Part shown: positions 45,365 to 54,769 of the stretch, one piece after another | How the letters are laid out: every line of letters begins with the position of its first letter | How positions within the stretch are numbered: position 1 is the first letter of the stretch | Source of the DNA: Thermoproteota archaeon | Lineage (GTDB): Archaea; Thermoproteota; EX4484-205; JAAOZP01 | Assembly: GCA_049700215.1 (NCBI GenBank) | Contig: JBNAVT010000001.1 | Location: forward strand, 17,744 to 81,743 | Reading direction: 5' to 3' | DNA length: 64,000 nt | The notes under the pieces: generated by a model | What the model saw: the letters and a program-made list of their open reading frames with translations, nothing else | The model's database searches: none | Told to the model about the DNA's origin: nothing | Translations under genes and position numbers: made by a program

Positions 45365-47085
45365 GCGAGGAGCTCCTCAGCCTGATCGAGAGGCTTGCCC
45401 TGGAGAACGCTCTGGCTTTCAAGGGCGTGGCTAGGGCTGAAGCGGTGCTTGGGAAACTGCTCGGCATGAACCCTAGCTTGAGAAGCAGTGTTAAGGAGCT
45501 TATTCCGGTGATCCGGGAGGTGGCTGAAAGAGTTAACAGGCTTACGCTTGACGAGCAGGCTGAGCTTCTCAGGAGGCTCGGGGCTTTTGAGAAGACGGAG
45601 AAGGCTTTGAAGCAGGAGCCTCCGTCACTACCCAGGGCAGAAGGCTTCAGCCAGGTGGTTTTAAGGTTCGCCCCGAACCCAGACGGGCCGCTTACGCTCG
45701 GCAACGCTAGGCCAGCCGTGCTCTGCGACTATTATGCTAAGAGGATGAACGGGAGGCTTATCCTAAGGTTTGAAGACACGTCGCCGTCGGTTAAGCCGCC
45801 GTTAAGAGAGGCTTACGACTGGATTGTTGAAGACCTGGAGTGGCTCGGCATCCATCCGGATGAGACGCATTACCAGTCGGACAGGCTTCAAACATACTAC
45901 GGCTATGCTGAGGAGTTTCTGGAGAAGGGCTTCGCATACGTCTGCTTATGCAAGCCTGAGGAGTTCAGGCTTTTCGAAAAAAAGGGTGAGCCGTGCCCAC
46001 ATAGGGATCAGGAGCCCAGCGTAAGCCTGAGCCTCTGGGAGAAGATGCTGAACGGGGGCCTTAACCCGGGTGAGGCTGTTGTGAGAGTCAAGACTGACAT
46101 GAAGCATCCTAATCCTGCTGTGAGAGACTGGCCTGCGTTAAGAATAGATGTTGCAAAGCATCCCAGGGTTTCGGGCTTCAGGGTCTGGCCGCTCTACAAC
46201 TGGTCGTGCGCCATCGACGATTATGAGATGAGGGTTTCCCACGTGATAAGGGGTAGGGAGCATTTGACCAACGAGGTCCGCCAATCCTACGTTTTCAAAT
46301 ACTTGAACTCTCCGCCACCGGTTTCAATACATATAGGCAGGGTCAGGCTTGAGGGCAGTGTTTTAAGCAAGTCTAGGATAATGAGGGGTCTGGCGGAGGG
46401 GTCTTACATCGGTCTTGACGATCCTAGGCTAGGCACGCTTAAGGCTCTGAGGAGAAGAGGCTTCAAGCCCGAGGTGATCAGGAGGGTTGTGCTTGAAATG
46501 GGTTTGAACATAGCTGAGTCAACCGTTAAATGGGAGAACCTTTACGCTTACAACAGGGAGGCTGTCGACTGGGAGGCTGAGCGATACTATTTCGTTAAAG
46601 ACCCTGTAACGATGATTGTTAGAAGCATCCCGCAGCAGGTTGAGGCAAGGCTTTTCAGGCACCCGAGCAGGCCTGAGCTTGGTTCTAGAATTATTGTTTT
46701 AAAGCCTTCAAACGGAGAGGCTAGGCTGATCGTCTCCTCTGAAGACGTTGAGAACCTGGCTCCCGGTTCAAGGCTCAGGCTAATATCGCTCTTCAACGTT
46801 GAGGTCGAGGATGCTGACCCGCATAGTAGGACTGTTAAAGCCGTTTTCAAGGGCCTAGAGGTTCCTGAGAAATCCTCCGGAGTAAAGCTGATCCAGTGGG
46901 TTCTCCCGAGTGACGCTGTGAAAACAGTGGTCCTGATGCCTGACGCCAGTGTCGCAGAGGGCCTAGGCGAGTCCCCTTTAACACTTCTTGATCCAGGCAG
47001 GGTTATCCAGCTTGTTCGATTCGGCTTCTGTAGGGTGGAGGCTGTTTCTAAAGACGCGGTCAACCTGGTTTTCTCACACCCTTAA
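45361..47085 (+). CDS. gltX: glutamyl-tRNA synthetase (archaeal type)
   Basis: VVLRFAPNPDGPLTLGNAR (HIGH region) and VLSKSR (KMSKS). Confidence 0.95.
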   Translation: MSEELLSLIERLALENALAFKGVARAEAVLGKLLGMNPSLRSSVKELIPVIREVAERVNRLTLDEQAELLRRLGAFEKTEKALKQEPPSLPRAEGFSQVVLRFAPNPDGPLTLGNARPAVLCDYYAKRMNGRLILRFEDTSPSVKPPLREAYDWIVEDLEWLGIHPDETHYQSDRLQTYYGYAEEFLEKGFAYVCLCKPEEFRLFEKKGEPCPHRDQEPSVSLSLWEKMLNGGLNPGEAVVRVKTDMKHPNPAVRDWPALRIDVAKHPRVSGFRVWPLYNWSCAIDDYEMRVSHVIRGREHLTNEVRQSYVFKYLNSPPPVSIHIGRVRLEGSVLSKSRIMRGLAEGSYIGLDDPRLGTLKALRRRGFKPEVIRRVVLEMGLNIAESTVKWENLYAYNREAVDWEAERYYFVKDPVTMIVRSIPQQVEARLFRHPSRPELGSRIIVLKPSNGEARLIVSSEDVENLAPGSRLRLISLFNVEVEDADPHSRTVKAVFKGLEVPEKSSGVKLIQWVLPSDAVKTVVLMPDASVAEGLGESPLTLLDPGRVIQLVRFGFCRVEAVSKDAVNLVFSHP

Positions 47086-47149
47086 AAGCGCATCAAGTTT
47101 TTATACCCCTCTATCCCCGTGTGTGGAAGGGTAGAGGTGCTTAACGGAA

Positions 47150-47542
47150 ATGGTTAGGGTTACAACGGCTGAATACGAGCCGAGTAAGGAGCTCGTCGAG
47201 GAAGCGTTAGAACTGCTTAGGATCGCCTCCAAGACTGGTAAGGTTAAAAGAGGCACCAATGAAACCACGAAAGCCCTTGAAAGAGGGGTGGCTAAACTAG
47301 CGTACGTGGCTGACAACACTGACCCGGTTGAGGTCGTCCTCCACATACCCTTGCTGAGCAGGGACAGGAAAATCCCTTACATAGTTGTCCCTGATAAGAA
47401 GCAGCTCGGCGAGGCTGCTGGGCTCTCCAACGTTTCAGCCGCGGCCGTGGCGATAATAGACCCGGGTGAGGCTGCTCCCATGCTTGAAAGCGTCGCTAAG
47501 AAGATAGAGTCTGCAAGGGCTAAGGCTGGGGGAAGCAGTTGA
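47150..47542 (+). CDS. rpl7ae: 50S ribosomal protein L7Ae (eL8)
   Basis: [17 protein letters not shown]. Confidence 0.95.
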   Translation: MVRVTTAEYEPSKELVEEALELLRIASKTGKVKRGTNETTKALERGVAKLAYVADNTDPVEVVLHIPLLSRDRKIPYIVVPDKKQLGEAAGLSNVSAAAVAIIDPGEAAPMLESVAKKIESARAKAGGSS

Positions 47543-47745
47543 GCGAGGAAGCTACTCCTGCAGAGGTTGTCGAGCTGGTAGCAAGGTCCGGTGCTTCAGG
47601 AGAGGTTACTCAAGTCAGGGTGAGGATTCTCACGGGAAGAGACAAGGGCAGGGTTATTCTCAGGAACGTGCGCGGCCCGGTTAGGGTTGGAGACGTACTT
47701 ATGCTGAGGGAGACTGAGAGGGAAGCCAGAAGGTTCTCAGGGTGA
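47539..47745 (+). CDS. rps28e: 30S ribosomal protein eS28
   Basis: [32 protein letters not shown]. Confidence 0.95.
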   Translation: MSEEATPAEVVELVARSGASGEVTQVRVRILTGRDKGRVILRNVRGPVRVGDVLMLRETEREARRFSG

Positions 47746-47748
47746 TGA

Positions 47749-47949
47749 GCCACGCCCACAGCCTTCAAATGCAGCTTCTGCGACAAGACGTTTCTGATCG
47801 GTGAGGGTGTTCTTTACGTTAAGAGAGACGGAAGCATCCTGAGGTTCTGCAGCTCCAAGTGCTTGAGAAACTCTGTTAAACTCGGCAGGAACCCTAGGAA
47901 GGTCAAGTGGGCTGCTGGGAGAACTCGGCCCGGAGGCTTGTCTCAATGA
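47749..47949 (+). CDS. rpl24e: 50S ribosomal protein eL24 (no canonical in-frame start)
   Basis: Frame reads ATPTAFKCSFCDKTFLIGEGVLYVKRDGSILRFCSSKCLRNSVKLGRNPRKVKW... It is absent from the ORF track because the only ATG (47745) is one frame off. Confidence 0.8.
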   Translation, partial: ATPTAFKCSFCDKTFLIGEGVLYVKRDGSILRFCSSKCLRNSVKLGRNPRKVKWAAGRTRPGGLSQ

Positions 47950-48605
47950 GGCTCGTGATCTTCGGCCCGCCTGGCTCAGGCAAGGGCACGTATGCTTCAA
48001 GGCTTGCGCCGAGGCTTGGAGTACCGCATATTTCAACCGGGGATATTTTGAGGGATGAGGTGAAGAGCGGCTCCGAGCTTGGGAAAAACATATCGAGCTA
48101 TGTTTCAAGCGGGAGGCTTGTTCCAGACGAGGTTGTGAACATGGTTATGGCGAAAAGGCTTTCTCAGGAGGACTGTAGGAAGGGCTTCATACTTGACGGT
48201 TACCCGAGGACGCTGCAGCAGGCCTGTTTCCTGGAAAAGGTTTCGAAAATAGACTTCGTGATAAACCTGAACGTTCCGGATGAGGTGATAGTCAGACGCT
48301 TGTCTTCAAGGCTTGTCTGCAGGAAATGCGGCGCAATATACAATAGGATAACGATGCCGCCGAAGGTTGACTGTGTTTGCGACAAGTGTGGCGGCGAGCT
48401 TTATCAGAGGGATGACGATAAGCCTGAAGTCGTAAGGGAAAGAATAAGGATCTATAAGAGTGAGGCTGCTCCGCTGCTTGAGCACTACCGTAGGGCTGGG
48501 GTGGCTGTAATAGATTTCTTCTACGAGCCCGATGAGACTGGTGGAGACGTTCCGCCAGACGTTGCCGCGGAAAGGATTCTTAAGGCTCTTAAAGGCTCAT
48601 GCTGA
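47946..48605 (+). CDS. adk: adenylate kinase, bacterial/eukaryal long type with zinc lid
   Basis: IFGPPGSGKGT and lid CRKCGAIYN...CDKCGGEL. The ATG overlaps the eL24 stop (ATGA). Confidence 0.9.
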   Translation: MRLVIFGPPGSGKGTYASRLAPRLGVPHISTGDILRDEVKSGSELGKNISSYVSSGRLVPDEVVNMVMAKRLSQEDCRKGFILDGYPRTLQQACFLEKVSKIDFVINLNVPDEVIVRRLSSRLVCRKCGAIYNRITMPPKVDCVCDKCGGELYQRDDDKPEVVRERIRIYKSEAAPLLEHYRRAGVAVIDFFYEPDETGGDVPPDVAAERILKALKGSC

Positions 48606-48810
48606 TTCCGAGGCTTCGACGGGCTGCGCTAACGCGAGGCCCTAGAGCGTCTAGACGGGGAGCACGTTTCTCTCCAAAGGCTAATCCACGTGTTTTTAAG
48701 CCTGTTCACGGCTTTTTCAACCCTCAGACTAGTGGCCAGCCTGCTTAATCACGGGAGATAGAGATTAATACTTCCACGCCGCCAGTGACCCTGAAGGTGC
48801 TGTGTTAAAA

Positions 48811-50580
48811 ATGGGTGTTAGAGAGCCCATCGTGGTCGTCCTTGGGCATGTCGACAGCGGTAAGACGTCTCTGCTGGACAAGATACGCGGCACCTTCGTC
48901 GCTATGAGGGAGGCCGGCGGCATAACTCAACACGTCGGGGCAAGCCTAATACCGGCTGAAGTCATAGTTAGAGTGGCTAAGACGCTTAACATAAGGCTGG
49001 AGGAGAGGCTAAGGGTCCCTGGAATACTTTTCATCGACACGCCTGGGCACGAGGCCTTCGTAAACCTTAGGAGGAGAGGCGGGTCTATCGCCGACTTCGC
49101 CATCCTCGTGATAGACCTTGTTAAAGGGGTTGAGCCCCAGACTGTCGAGTCCCTAGATATCCTTAGGGCTAGGAAGACCCCGTTTCTTATCGCGGCGAAC
49201 AAGATTGATCTTCTCCCTGGTTGGAAGCCCCAGGGTGTTTTAAGCGTGCTTCAATCACTCTCCAAGCAGGATGAGAGGGTTAAGCGGAGTCTTGACGAGC
49301 ATCTCTACAGGATAATCGGTGATCTTTCAGCAATGGGCTTCAGGTCAGACAGGTTCGACCGGTTGACTGACTTCAGGAGGAATGTTGCGATAGTGCCTGT
49401 GAGCGCGGTAACAGGGGAAGGGGTCTCCGAGCTTATAGCGGTCTTAATCGGGCTTGTCCAACAGTTTCTGATAAGCGGGCTTGAGTGCAGCGAGGGCCCT
49501 GCGAGGGGTGTTGTGCTGGAGGTTGTTGAGGAGACGGGGATGGGAACTACTGTGAACGCTGTCATCTTCGACGGCGTGCTGAGGAGCGGCGACACGATTG
49601 TGCTAATGGGCCTGAGCAAGCCGATCGTTACAAAGGTTAGGGCTCTTCTCATGCCTAAGCCTCTTGACGAGATGAGGGATCCGAGGGACAGGTTCAACCA
49701 GGTTGAAGAAGTCAGGCCATCCGCAGGGGTTAAGATTGTTGCGCCAAACCTGGAGGATGCTCTACCCGGCTCTCCTTTAACAGTCGCCTCCGGGAGCATT
49801 GAGGAGGCTGTTAGAGGAGTCACGTCTGAGGTGGAGTCGATAAGGATCAGGAGTGGCGAGGAGGGCGTCGTGGTTAAAGCGGACACGCTCGGCTCTCTTG
49901 AAGCCATCGTGGGGGAGCTTGAGAAGAAGGGTGTTCCAGTCAGGCTTGGAGACCTTGGTCCTGTTTCCGAGAGGGACGTTATTGAAGCATCCATCTCTTC
50001 GCAGGACCCGACTCTCAGGGTCCTGCTGGCGTTCAACGTTAGACTGATGCCTGAAGCGGTTGAGGAGGCTAGGAGGAGGAGTGTTCCGGTTTTCCACGGC
50101 AGGATCATCTACAGGCTGGTTGAAGAGTTTCTAGAGTGGCGTAGGCAGGAGAAGCAGAGGGAGGCAAGCATGCAGCTAGAGCAGCTAATACTCCCAGCCA
50201 GGATTAGAATCCTGCCTGCATACGTCTTCAGAAGGAGTAAGCCCGCTATAGTCGGCGTTAAGGTTGAGGCGGGCGGAATAAAGCCGGGCTACCCCTTGAT
50301 AAATACTAAAGGCGAGAAAATAGGAGTTATCGACCAGATTCAGAAGGAGGGTAAGAGTGTTCCCAAGGCTGAGGCTGGGGAGGAGGTTGCAATCTCCATA
50401 CCTGAGGCAATAGTTGGCAGGAACCTGAGGGAGGAGGATGTTCTCCTTGTAGACGTGCCGAGTAGGGACGCATCCCTGATAAACAGGGTTTTCAAAGAGC
50501 AGTTGGAGCCCCACTATCTCCAGGCGTTGGAGGAGGTCTCTAGGCTTAAGAAGAGGGATAACCCGTTCTACGGCTTGTAG
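48811..50580 (+). CDS. infB: translation initiation factor aIF5B (IF2 family GTPase)
   Basis: VLGHVDSGKTSLLD, DTPGHEAF, NKID. Confidence 0.95.
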   Translation: MGVREPIVVVLGHVDSGKTSLLDKIRGTFVAMREAGGITQHVGASLIPAEVIVRVAKTLNIRLEERLRVPGILFIDTPGHEAFVNLRRRGGSIADFAILVIDLVKGVEPQTVESLDILRARKTPFLIAANKIDLLPGWKPQGVLSVLQSLSKQDERVKRSLDEHLYRIIGDLSAMGFRSDRFDRLTDFRRNVAIVPVSAVTGEGVSELIAVLIGLVQQFLISGLECSEGPARGVVLEVVEETGMGTTVNAVIFDGVLRSGDTIVLMGLSKPIVTKVRALLMPKPLDEMRDPRDRFNQVEEVRPSAGVKIVAPNLEDALPGSPLTVASGSIEEAVRGVTSEVESIRIRSGEEGVVVKADTLGSLEAIVGELEKKGVPVRLGDLGPVSERDVIEASISSQDPTLRVLLAFNVRLMPEAVEEARRRSVPVFHGRIIYRLVEEFLEWRRQEKQREASMQLEQLILPARIRILPAYVFRRSKPAIVGVKVEAGGIKPGYPLINTKGEKIGVIDQIQKEGKSVPKAEAGEEVAISIPEAIVGRNLREEDVLLVDVPSRDASLINRVFKEQLEPHYLQALEEVSRLKKRDNPFYGL

Positions 50581-50692
50581 TTTAAAACACGCCTGTAAAG
50601 GGCTACGCTTTCTTCCGAGTGTTTTTAAACGTTGCAGAGGCTTCTCGACGCTGGGTAATGTTTTAATACTGGTTTAACAGCCATACTGCTGC

Positions 50693-51037
50693 ATGCCGCC
50701 TGAATTCAAGCTGTGCATCTCCGACCCTAAGAGTGGTAAAACCGAGTCGGTTAAGCTGGAGGGAAGTAGTGCTATCCCTCTGCTCGGCTTAAAGATAGGA
50801 AGCGTTGTAGACGGCTCTATCGCCGGTAAGCCGGGAGTCAAGCTAATGATAACCGGGGGGTCGGACAGGTCCGGCATACCGATGGTCCCCTCTGTCCAAG
50901 GCGGTGTTAAAAAAGAGATCTGGGTTAAGAGGAAGACTGTTGTCGGAGAAACAAGGAGGAAAATGCTGGTGAGGGGTAACCAGGTTTCTGAAGAGATTTA
51001 CCAGGTTAACATGAAGATTATCACTGGAGACGCTTGA
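50693..51037 (+). CDS. rps6e: 30S ribosomal protein eS6
   Basis: KLCISDPKSGKTESV...ITGGSDRSGIPM. Confidence 0.9.
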   Translation: MPPEFKLCISDPKSGKTESVKLEGSSAIPLLGLKIGSVVDGSIAGKPGVKLMITGGSDRSGIPMVPSVQGGVKKEIWVKRKTVVGETRRKMLVRGNQVSEEIYQVNMKIITGDA

Positions 51038-51128
51038 AAACTAAGCTTGTAGGCGCGTCGAGCTCGCGTAAGCACTCGCCATTTAAAGATTATAAATAGG
51101 CTTGCCTCATCTACGGTGAGTTGGGAAC

Positions 51129-52424
51129 ATGTCGCAGCCAGCTGAGTCCGCGAAAATGATGGTCGCTCATGGTTCTGGTAAAGAAATAGATAATTATAAA
51201 CGTATTCAACCATGTCTAAATTTGGGGACTCTGGGTCACGTAGATCATGGGAAGACTACTCTCGTACAAGCCATCACCGGTGTCTGGACCGCTAAGCACA
51301 GTGATGAACTGAAAAGGGGTATAACGATAAAGCTTGGCTACGCTAACTTCAGTGTTTTCCAATGCCCGAAGTGTCCGCTGCCATACAACTTCGTGACGAC
51401 CCCCAGATGCTCATGCGGCTCCGAGGCTGTCTTCCAGAGGAAGATAAGCTTCGTGGACTCGCCTGGCCACGAGATATTGATGACTACTATGCTGAGTGGT
51501 GCCGCCGTCATGGATGCCGCAATACTTGTGATCGGCGCGGATGAGGTTTGCCCTCAGCCCCAGACCTATGAGCATCTCCTGGCTGCTGAGATAATGGGCA
51601 TTAAGAGGCTGATCGTAGTCCAGAATAAGATCGACATAGTTTCCAGGGAGAGGGCCTTGAAAAACCTGGAGGAGATTAAGAACTTCCTCTCTGAAACGAG
51701 GTTTGCCGACGCTACCATAGTGCCGGTTTCCGCGCAGCACAAGGTTAACGTGGACGTGTTGCTCTACGTTATTCAGAAAGAGGTTCCAACACCGGTTTTC
51801 GACCTAAGCTCCCCGGCTAGGATGATAGTGATAAGGTCTTTCGACGTTAACAGGCCTGGTACTCCGGTTAGAGAGATGAGAGGCGGAATACTGGGCGGCT
51901 CGATCATCAGGGGGGAGATAAGGGTTGGAGATGAGGTTGAAATACTGCCTGGCCTAAGGGTTAAGAAGGATGACGCTGTTGAAACCATACCGCTTATTGC
52001 TGAAGTGGTTTCAGTGGGCTTCGACAATGTTTTTGTAGAAAGCGTCAGGAGCGGGGGTCTAGTCGGAATTGGGACAACCCTCGACCCTTCCCTGACTAAG
52101 AACGACCTGCTGGTGGGAAACCTTGCCGGGAAGCCCGGTACGCTCCCACCCGTTACAAGAAGCATTACCCTTGAATACAGCATGTTTGAAAGGGTTGTTG
52201 GCGTCAGAGGCCTTGTGAAGACGGAGCCCATCCGGGCTGGGGAGGTTTTGAACGTTAACGTCGGCTCAGCGTTAACGCAGGCGGTCGTGAAGGATGTTAA
52301 GGATAACAGGATCAACCTAAGCCTCAAGATGCCTGTCTGCGCTGAGAAGGGTCAGAGGATTGCTGTGAGCAGGCTTGTCGAGAGGCGTTGGAGGCTTATC
52401 GGCCACGGTGTGCTTGTTGATTGA
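51129..52424 (+). CDS. eif2g: translation initiation factor aIF2 gamma
   Basis: GHVDHGKTT, VDSPGHE, zinc knuckle CPKCP...CSCG. Start uncertain. Confidence 0.95.
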   Translation: MSQPAESAKMMVAHGSGKEIDNYKRIQPCLNLGTLGHVDHGKTTLVQAITGVWTAKHSDELKRGITIKLGYANFSVFQCPKCPLPYNFVTTPRCSCGSEAVFQRKISFVDSPGHEILMTTMLSGAAVMDAAILVIGADEVCPQPQTYEHLLAAEIMGIKRLIVVQNKIDIVSRERALKNLEEIKNFLSETRFADATIVPVSAQHKVNVDVLLYVIQKEVPTPVFDLSSPARMIVIRSFDVNRPGTPVREMRGGILGGSIIRGEIRVGDEVEILPGLRVKKDDAVETIPLIAEVVSVGFDNVFVESVRSGGLVGIGTTLDPSLTKNDLLVGNLAGKPGTLPPVTRSITLEYSMFERVVGVRGLVKTEPIRAGEVLNVNVGSALTQAVVKDVKDNRINLSLKMPVCAEKGQRIAVSRLVERRWRLIGHGVLVD

Positions 52425-52810
52425 TGGTGCTCCTGGATTCCAGCGCGCTGCTGGCCCCCTTCGAAACCGGGGTTGACTTCATAAACGGGATAACTGGTTT
52501 AACTCACGGCAGGGTGCTGTTTCTAGTGCCTTTCGAAACCCTCGTTGAGCTTAGGAGGCTTACCGGGGGTAGGCCTAAGCTGGCTGGCATGGCTAGGCTA
52601 GCCCTATCCGTTGCAAGCGGCTTCAGAACCTTGCTTCCAACCGGAATGGGCTGCGACGACGCGCTTGTCTACCTTGCAAAAACTTATAAAGCGGCTGTGG
52701 CGACAGGCGACAGGACGTTAAGCAGGAGGCTTAGGACCTTGCGTATACCTGTTTTCTATCCTTCCGGAGGGGGAAGGATAATTGGGAAAGGATGGTTCGA
52801 AAAGGGGTGA
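52421..52810 (+). CDS. PIN-domain protein (Fcf1/Utp24-like neighbour of aIF2 gamma)
   Basis: VLLDSSALL..., CDDALVYLA, TGDRTLSRRL. Conserved position before Rpo7. Confidence 0.6.
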   Translation: MMVLLDSSALLAPFETGVDFINGITGLTHGRVLFLVPFETLVELRRLTGGRPKLAGMARLALSVASGFRTLLPTGMGCDDALVYLAKTYKAAVATGDRTLSRRLRTLRIPVFYPSGGGRIIGKGWFEKG

Positions 52811-52843
52811 TGAGGGTTATTTAAGATAATCGAGCTTGAAGAC

Positions 52844-53398
52844 GTGGTTAAGGTCCCCCCTTCCAGGCTCGGGGAGCCTGTGACAGAGATTTTCAGAAAC
52901 GTTCTTAAAGACAGGTATGAGGGTATGGTTATAGAAGGAATCGGCTACATAATTCTCCTCATTGACTACGAGTTCAACCCTGTGGGGCAGATATCTCCTG
53001 GAGACGGTCACAGTTACCACAGGGTTAAGGCGAAGGTGCTTTCCTATTACCCTGAGGTCAACGAGGTTGTTGAGGGGAGGGTTGTTGAGGTGGAGGAGTT
53101 CGGGGTTTTCGTGAGGCTTGTTACGACCGACGCCTTGATGCATGTGAGCCAGATAACCGACGACTACATGGATTACAATAGTTCTCAGGGGATACTTGTT
53201 GGGAGGCAGACTAAGAGAATAATTCAGAAGAACGACTGGGTTAGGGCGAGGGTGGCTGCAGTTTCGATAGGCAGGGGAGCAATGACCGACAAGATTGGCT
53301 TGACTGCTAGGCAGCCCTTCCTAGGGAAGAGCGAGTGGATTGAGGAGGACATTAGGAAGCTGGCTGGGGAGAAGCCTAAGCAGGAGGCTAAGGCTTAA
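52844..53398 (+). CDS. rpoE: RNA polymerase subunit E' (Rpo7); the true N-terminus probably starts at ATG 52810 in another frame
   Basis: S1 domain EVVEGRVVEVEEFGVFVRL. The in-frame upstream codons LFKIIELEDV fit the Rpo7 N-terminus but lack a start. Confidence 0.85.
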   Translation: MVKVPPSRLGEPVTEIFRNVLKDRYEGMVIEGIGYIILLIDYEFNPVGQISPGDGHSYHRVKAKVLSYYPEVNEVVEGRVVEVEEFGVFVRLVTTDALMHVSQITDDYMDYNSSQGILVGRQTKRIIQKNDWVRARVAAVSIGRGAMTDKIGLTARQPFLGKSEWIEEDIRKLAGEKPKQEAKA

Positions 53399-53583
53399 TG
53401 CCTCTTAGAGCATGCTTAAACTGTAGAATGATAAGCGATTCGCCGCGGTGTCCAAACTGCGGCGGGGAAGAGTTTACGCAGGAGTGGAGTGGCGAGGTTC
53501 TTGTTTTCAACCCTGAGGCCTCTTCAATAGCTAAACTCATCGGGGCGAGGGTTCCGGGAAGATACGCGGTGAGGCTGAGGTAG
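53398..53583 (+). CDS. spt4: transcription elongation factor Spt4 (RpoE'')
   Basis: CLNCRMISDSPRCPNCG zinc ribbon, 61 aa. Confidence 0.9.
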   Translation: MPLRACLNCRMISDSPRCPNCGGEEFTQEWSGEVLVFNPEASSIAKLIGARVPGRYAVRLR

Positions 53584-53585
53584 GA

Positions 53586-54083
53586 GTGTTGAAAGCCTCG
53601 GAGGAAACGAGAAGGATCGTTAGAAAGCCGTTGGGAGCCCTGCTTGATACGGATGGTTTAAGAAGGAGGCTGAAAGAGTTTAAAGGGGTCGTTGTCTCCG
53701 TCGGCGACGTTGTTTCCCAAAGCCTGTTAGACGCGGGTTTCAACCCGGGTGTATGCGTGGTTGACGGGAAAACCCTGCGGACACGCCCATACGGTGTCGA
53801 GCGCTTCCAACAGGGGAGAAGAGTCTTAAGGCTGGTGAATCCTCCGGGGACAATATCCGGTGAATCCTGGAGTGTGTTCAAGCAGGCGCTTGACCTAAGG
53901 CCTTCAACAATACTGGTTGAAGGCGAGGAGGATCTTCTGACGCTTGTAGCGGTTGAAACAGCGCCCGACGGCTCCCTAGTGGTTTACGGGCAGCCGGGGG
54001 AGGGCGTGGTCTTAATAGAGGTTAACGCTTCTTCCAGGAAAGTGGTCTCGGAGATCCTTGGGACAATGGAGGCGTGCGACTAG
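53586..54083 (+). CDS. DUF359 / GTP-dependent dephospho-CoA kinase
   Basis: VVSVGDVVSQSLLDAGFNPGVCVVDGKT...LVEGEEDLL. Confidence 0.7.
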   Translation: MLKASEETRRIVRKPLGALLDTDGLRRRLKEFKGVVVSVGDVVSQSLLDAGFNPGVCVVDGKTLRTRPYGVERFQQGRRVLRLVNPPGTISGESWSVFKQALDLRPSTILVEGEEDLLTLVAVETAPDGSLVVYGQPGEGVVLIEVNASSRKVVSEILGTMEACD

Positions 54084-54095
54084 CGTCTGCTCAGC

Positions 54096-54107
54096 GTAGC
54101 GCGCTAC
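54096..54107. repeat. perfect 12-nt palindrome gtagcgcgctac
   Basis: Starts 12 nt after the DUF359 stop. Same GCGC-core family. Confidence 0.6.
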
Positions 54108-54234
54108 TTTACGCATTAAGGATGTGGGTGCTGCTAGCCTAATAATGCGATTTATACGGGTTGCATACTCCACGCCGCGCTCGGTCTGTCTACAGTAATG
54201 TTTAAAGCCTGACTGCCCGTGGGGAGCACAGCAA

Positions 54235-54594
54235 ATGGTGGAGATAAGGATACTTAAAGAGGTTGAGAACCCTCTTTTAAAGAGGAGGGAAGTAGTGTTC
54301 GAGATTCCGCACCCCGGGGGTAAGACTCCCACTATTGTTGAAGCCAGGGAGGCTGTTTCAGCCTTGAAAAGAGTCCCCATGGAGGCGGTCTACGTTAGGA
54401 GTCTTAAGAGCGTTTCAGGCAGGCAGTCTTCAATAGGCGAGGCGCATGTCTACTTTTCCCCGGAGTACGCCAGGATCGAGCCTATGCACGTCAGGGTTGC
54501 GAACCTGCCTCCGGAGGAGAAGAAGCGTAGGAAAGAGGAGCTTAAGAAGATGAGGATGGAGATGAAGGCTAAGGCAGCCGGCGGTAGGAGATGA
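54235..54594 (+). CDS. rps24e: 30S ribosomal protein eS24
   Basis: [21 protein letters not shown]. Confidence 0.95.
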   Translation: MVEIRILKEVENPLLKRREVVFEIPHPGGKTPTIVEAREAVSALKRVPMEAVYVRSLKSVSGRQSSIGEAHVYFSPEYARIEPMHVRVANLPPEEKKRRKEELKKMRMEMKAKAAGGRR

Positions 54595-54752
54595 AGGACA
54601 CTGTGAAATATTATGAGGTTGACGCGAGCAAGGCCTCAGTGAGGCTTAGAAACAGGAAGTGCCCCAGGTGCGGCAGGGTCATGGCTTTCCACAAGGAGGG
54701 TAAACCCAGGTGGCACTGCGGCGCTTGCAACTATACGGAGTTCCAAAGGTGA
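54591..54752 (+). CDS. rps27ae: 30S ribosomal protein eS31 (S27ae)
   Basis: 53-aa ORF below the track cutoff: [57 protein letters not shown] overlap with eS24. Confidence 0.85.
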   Translation: MKDTVKYYEVDASKASVRLRNRKCPRCGRVMAFHKEGKPRWHCGACNYTEFQR

Positions 54753-54769
54753 GGGGGAGCGTCTAGCCT

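Noticed and set aside
49305-50108. Long antisense ORFs inside highly conserved genes, e.g. 267 aa opposite aIF5B, several opposite the thermosome, ArgRS, ABCE1, SecY and aspartokinase.
   Set aside because: They have Ser/Leu/Pro/Thr-rich low-information translations and lie entirely within strongly supported genes. They are typical shadow ORFs.
50581-50640. Inverted repeat tttaaaacac...gtgtttttaaa after aIF5B as a structured RNA.
   Set aside because: It is a single A/T-rich 9-10-bp stem with a ~29-nt loop. It is more simply a termination or promoter region between infB and eS6, with nothing distinctive to test.
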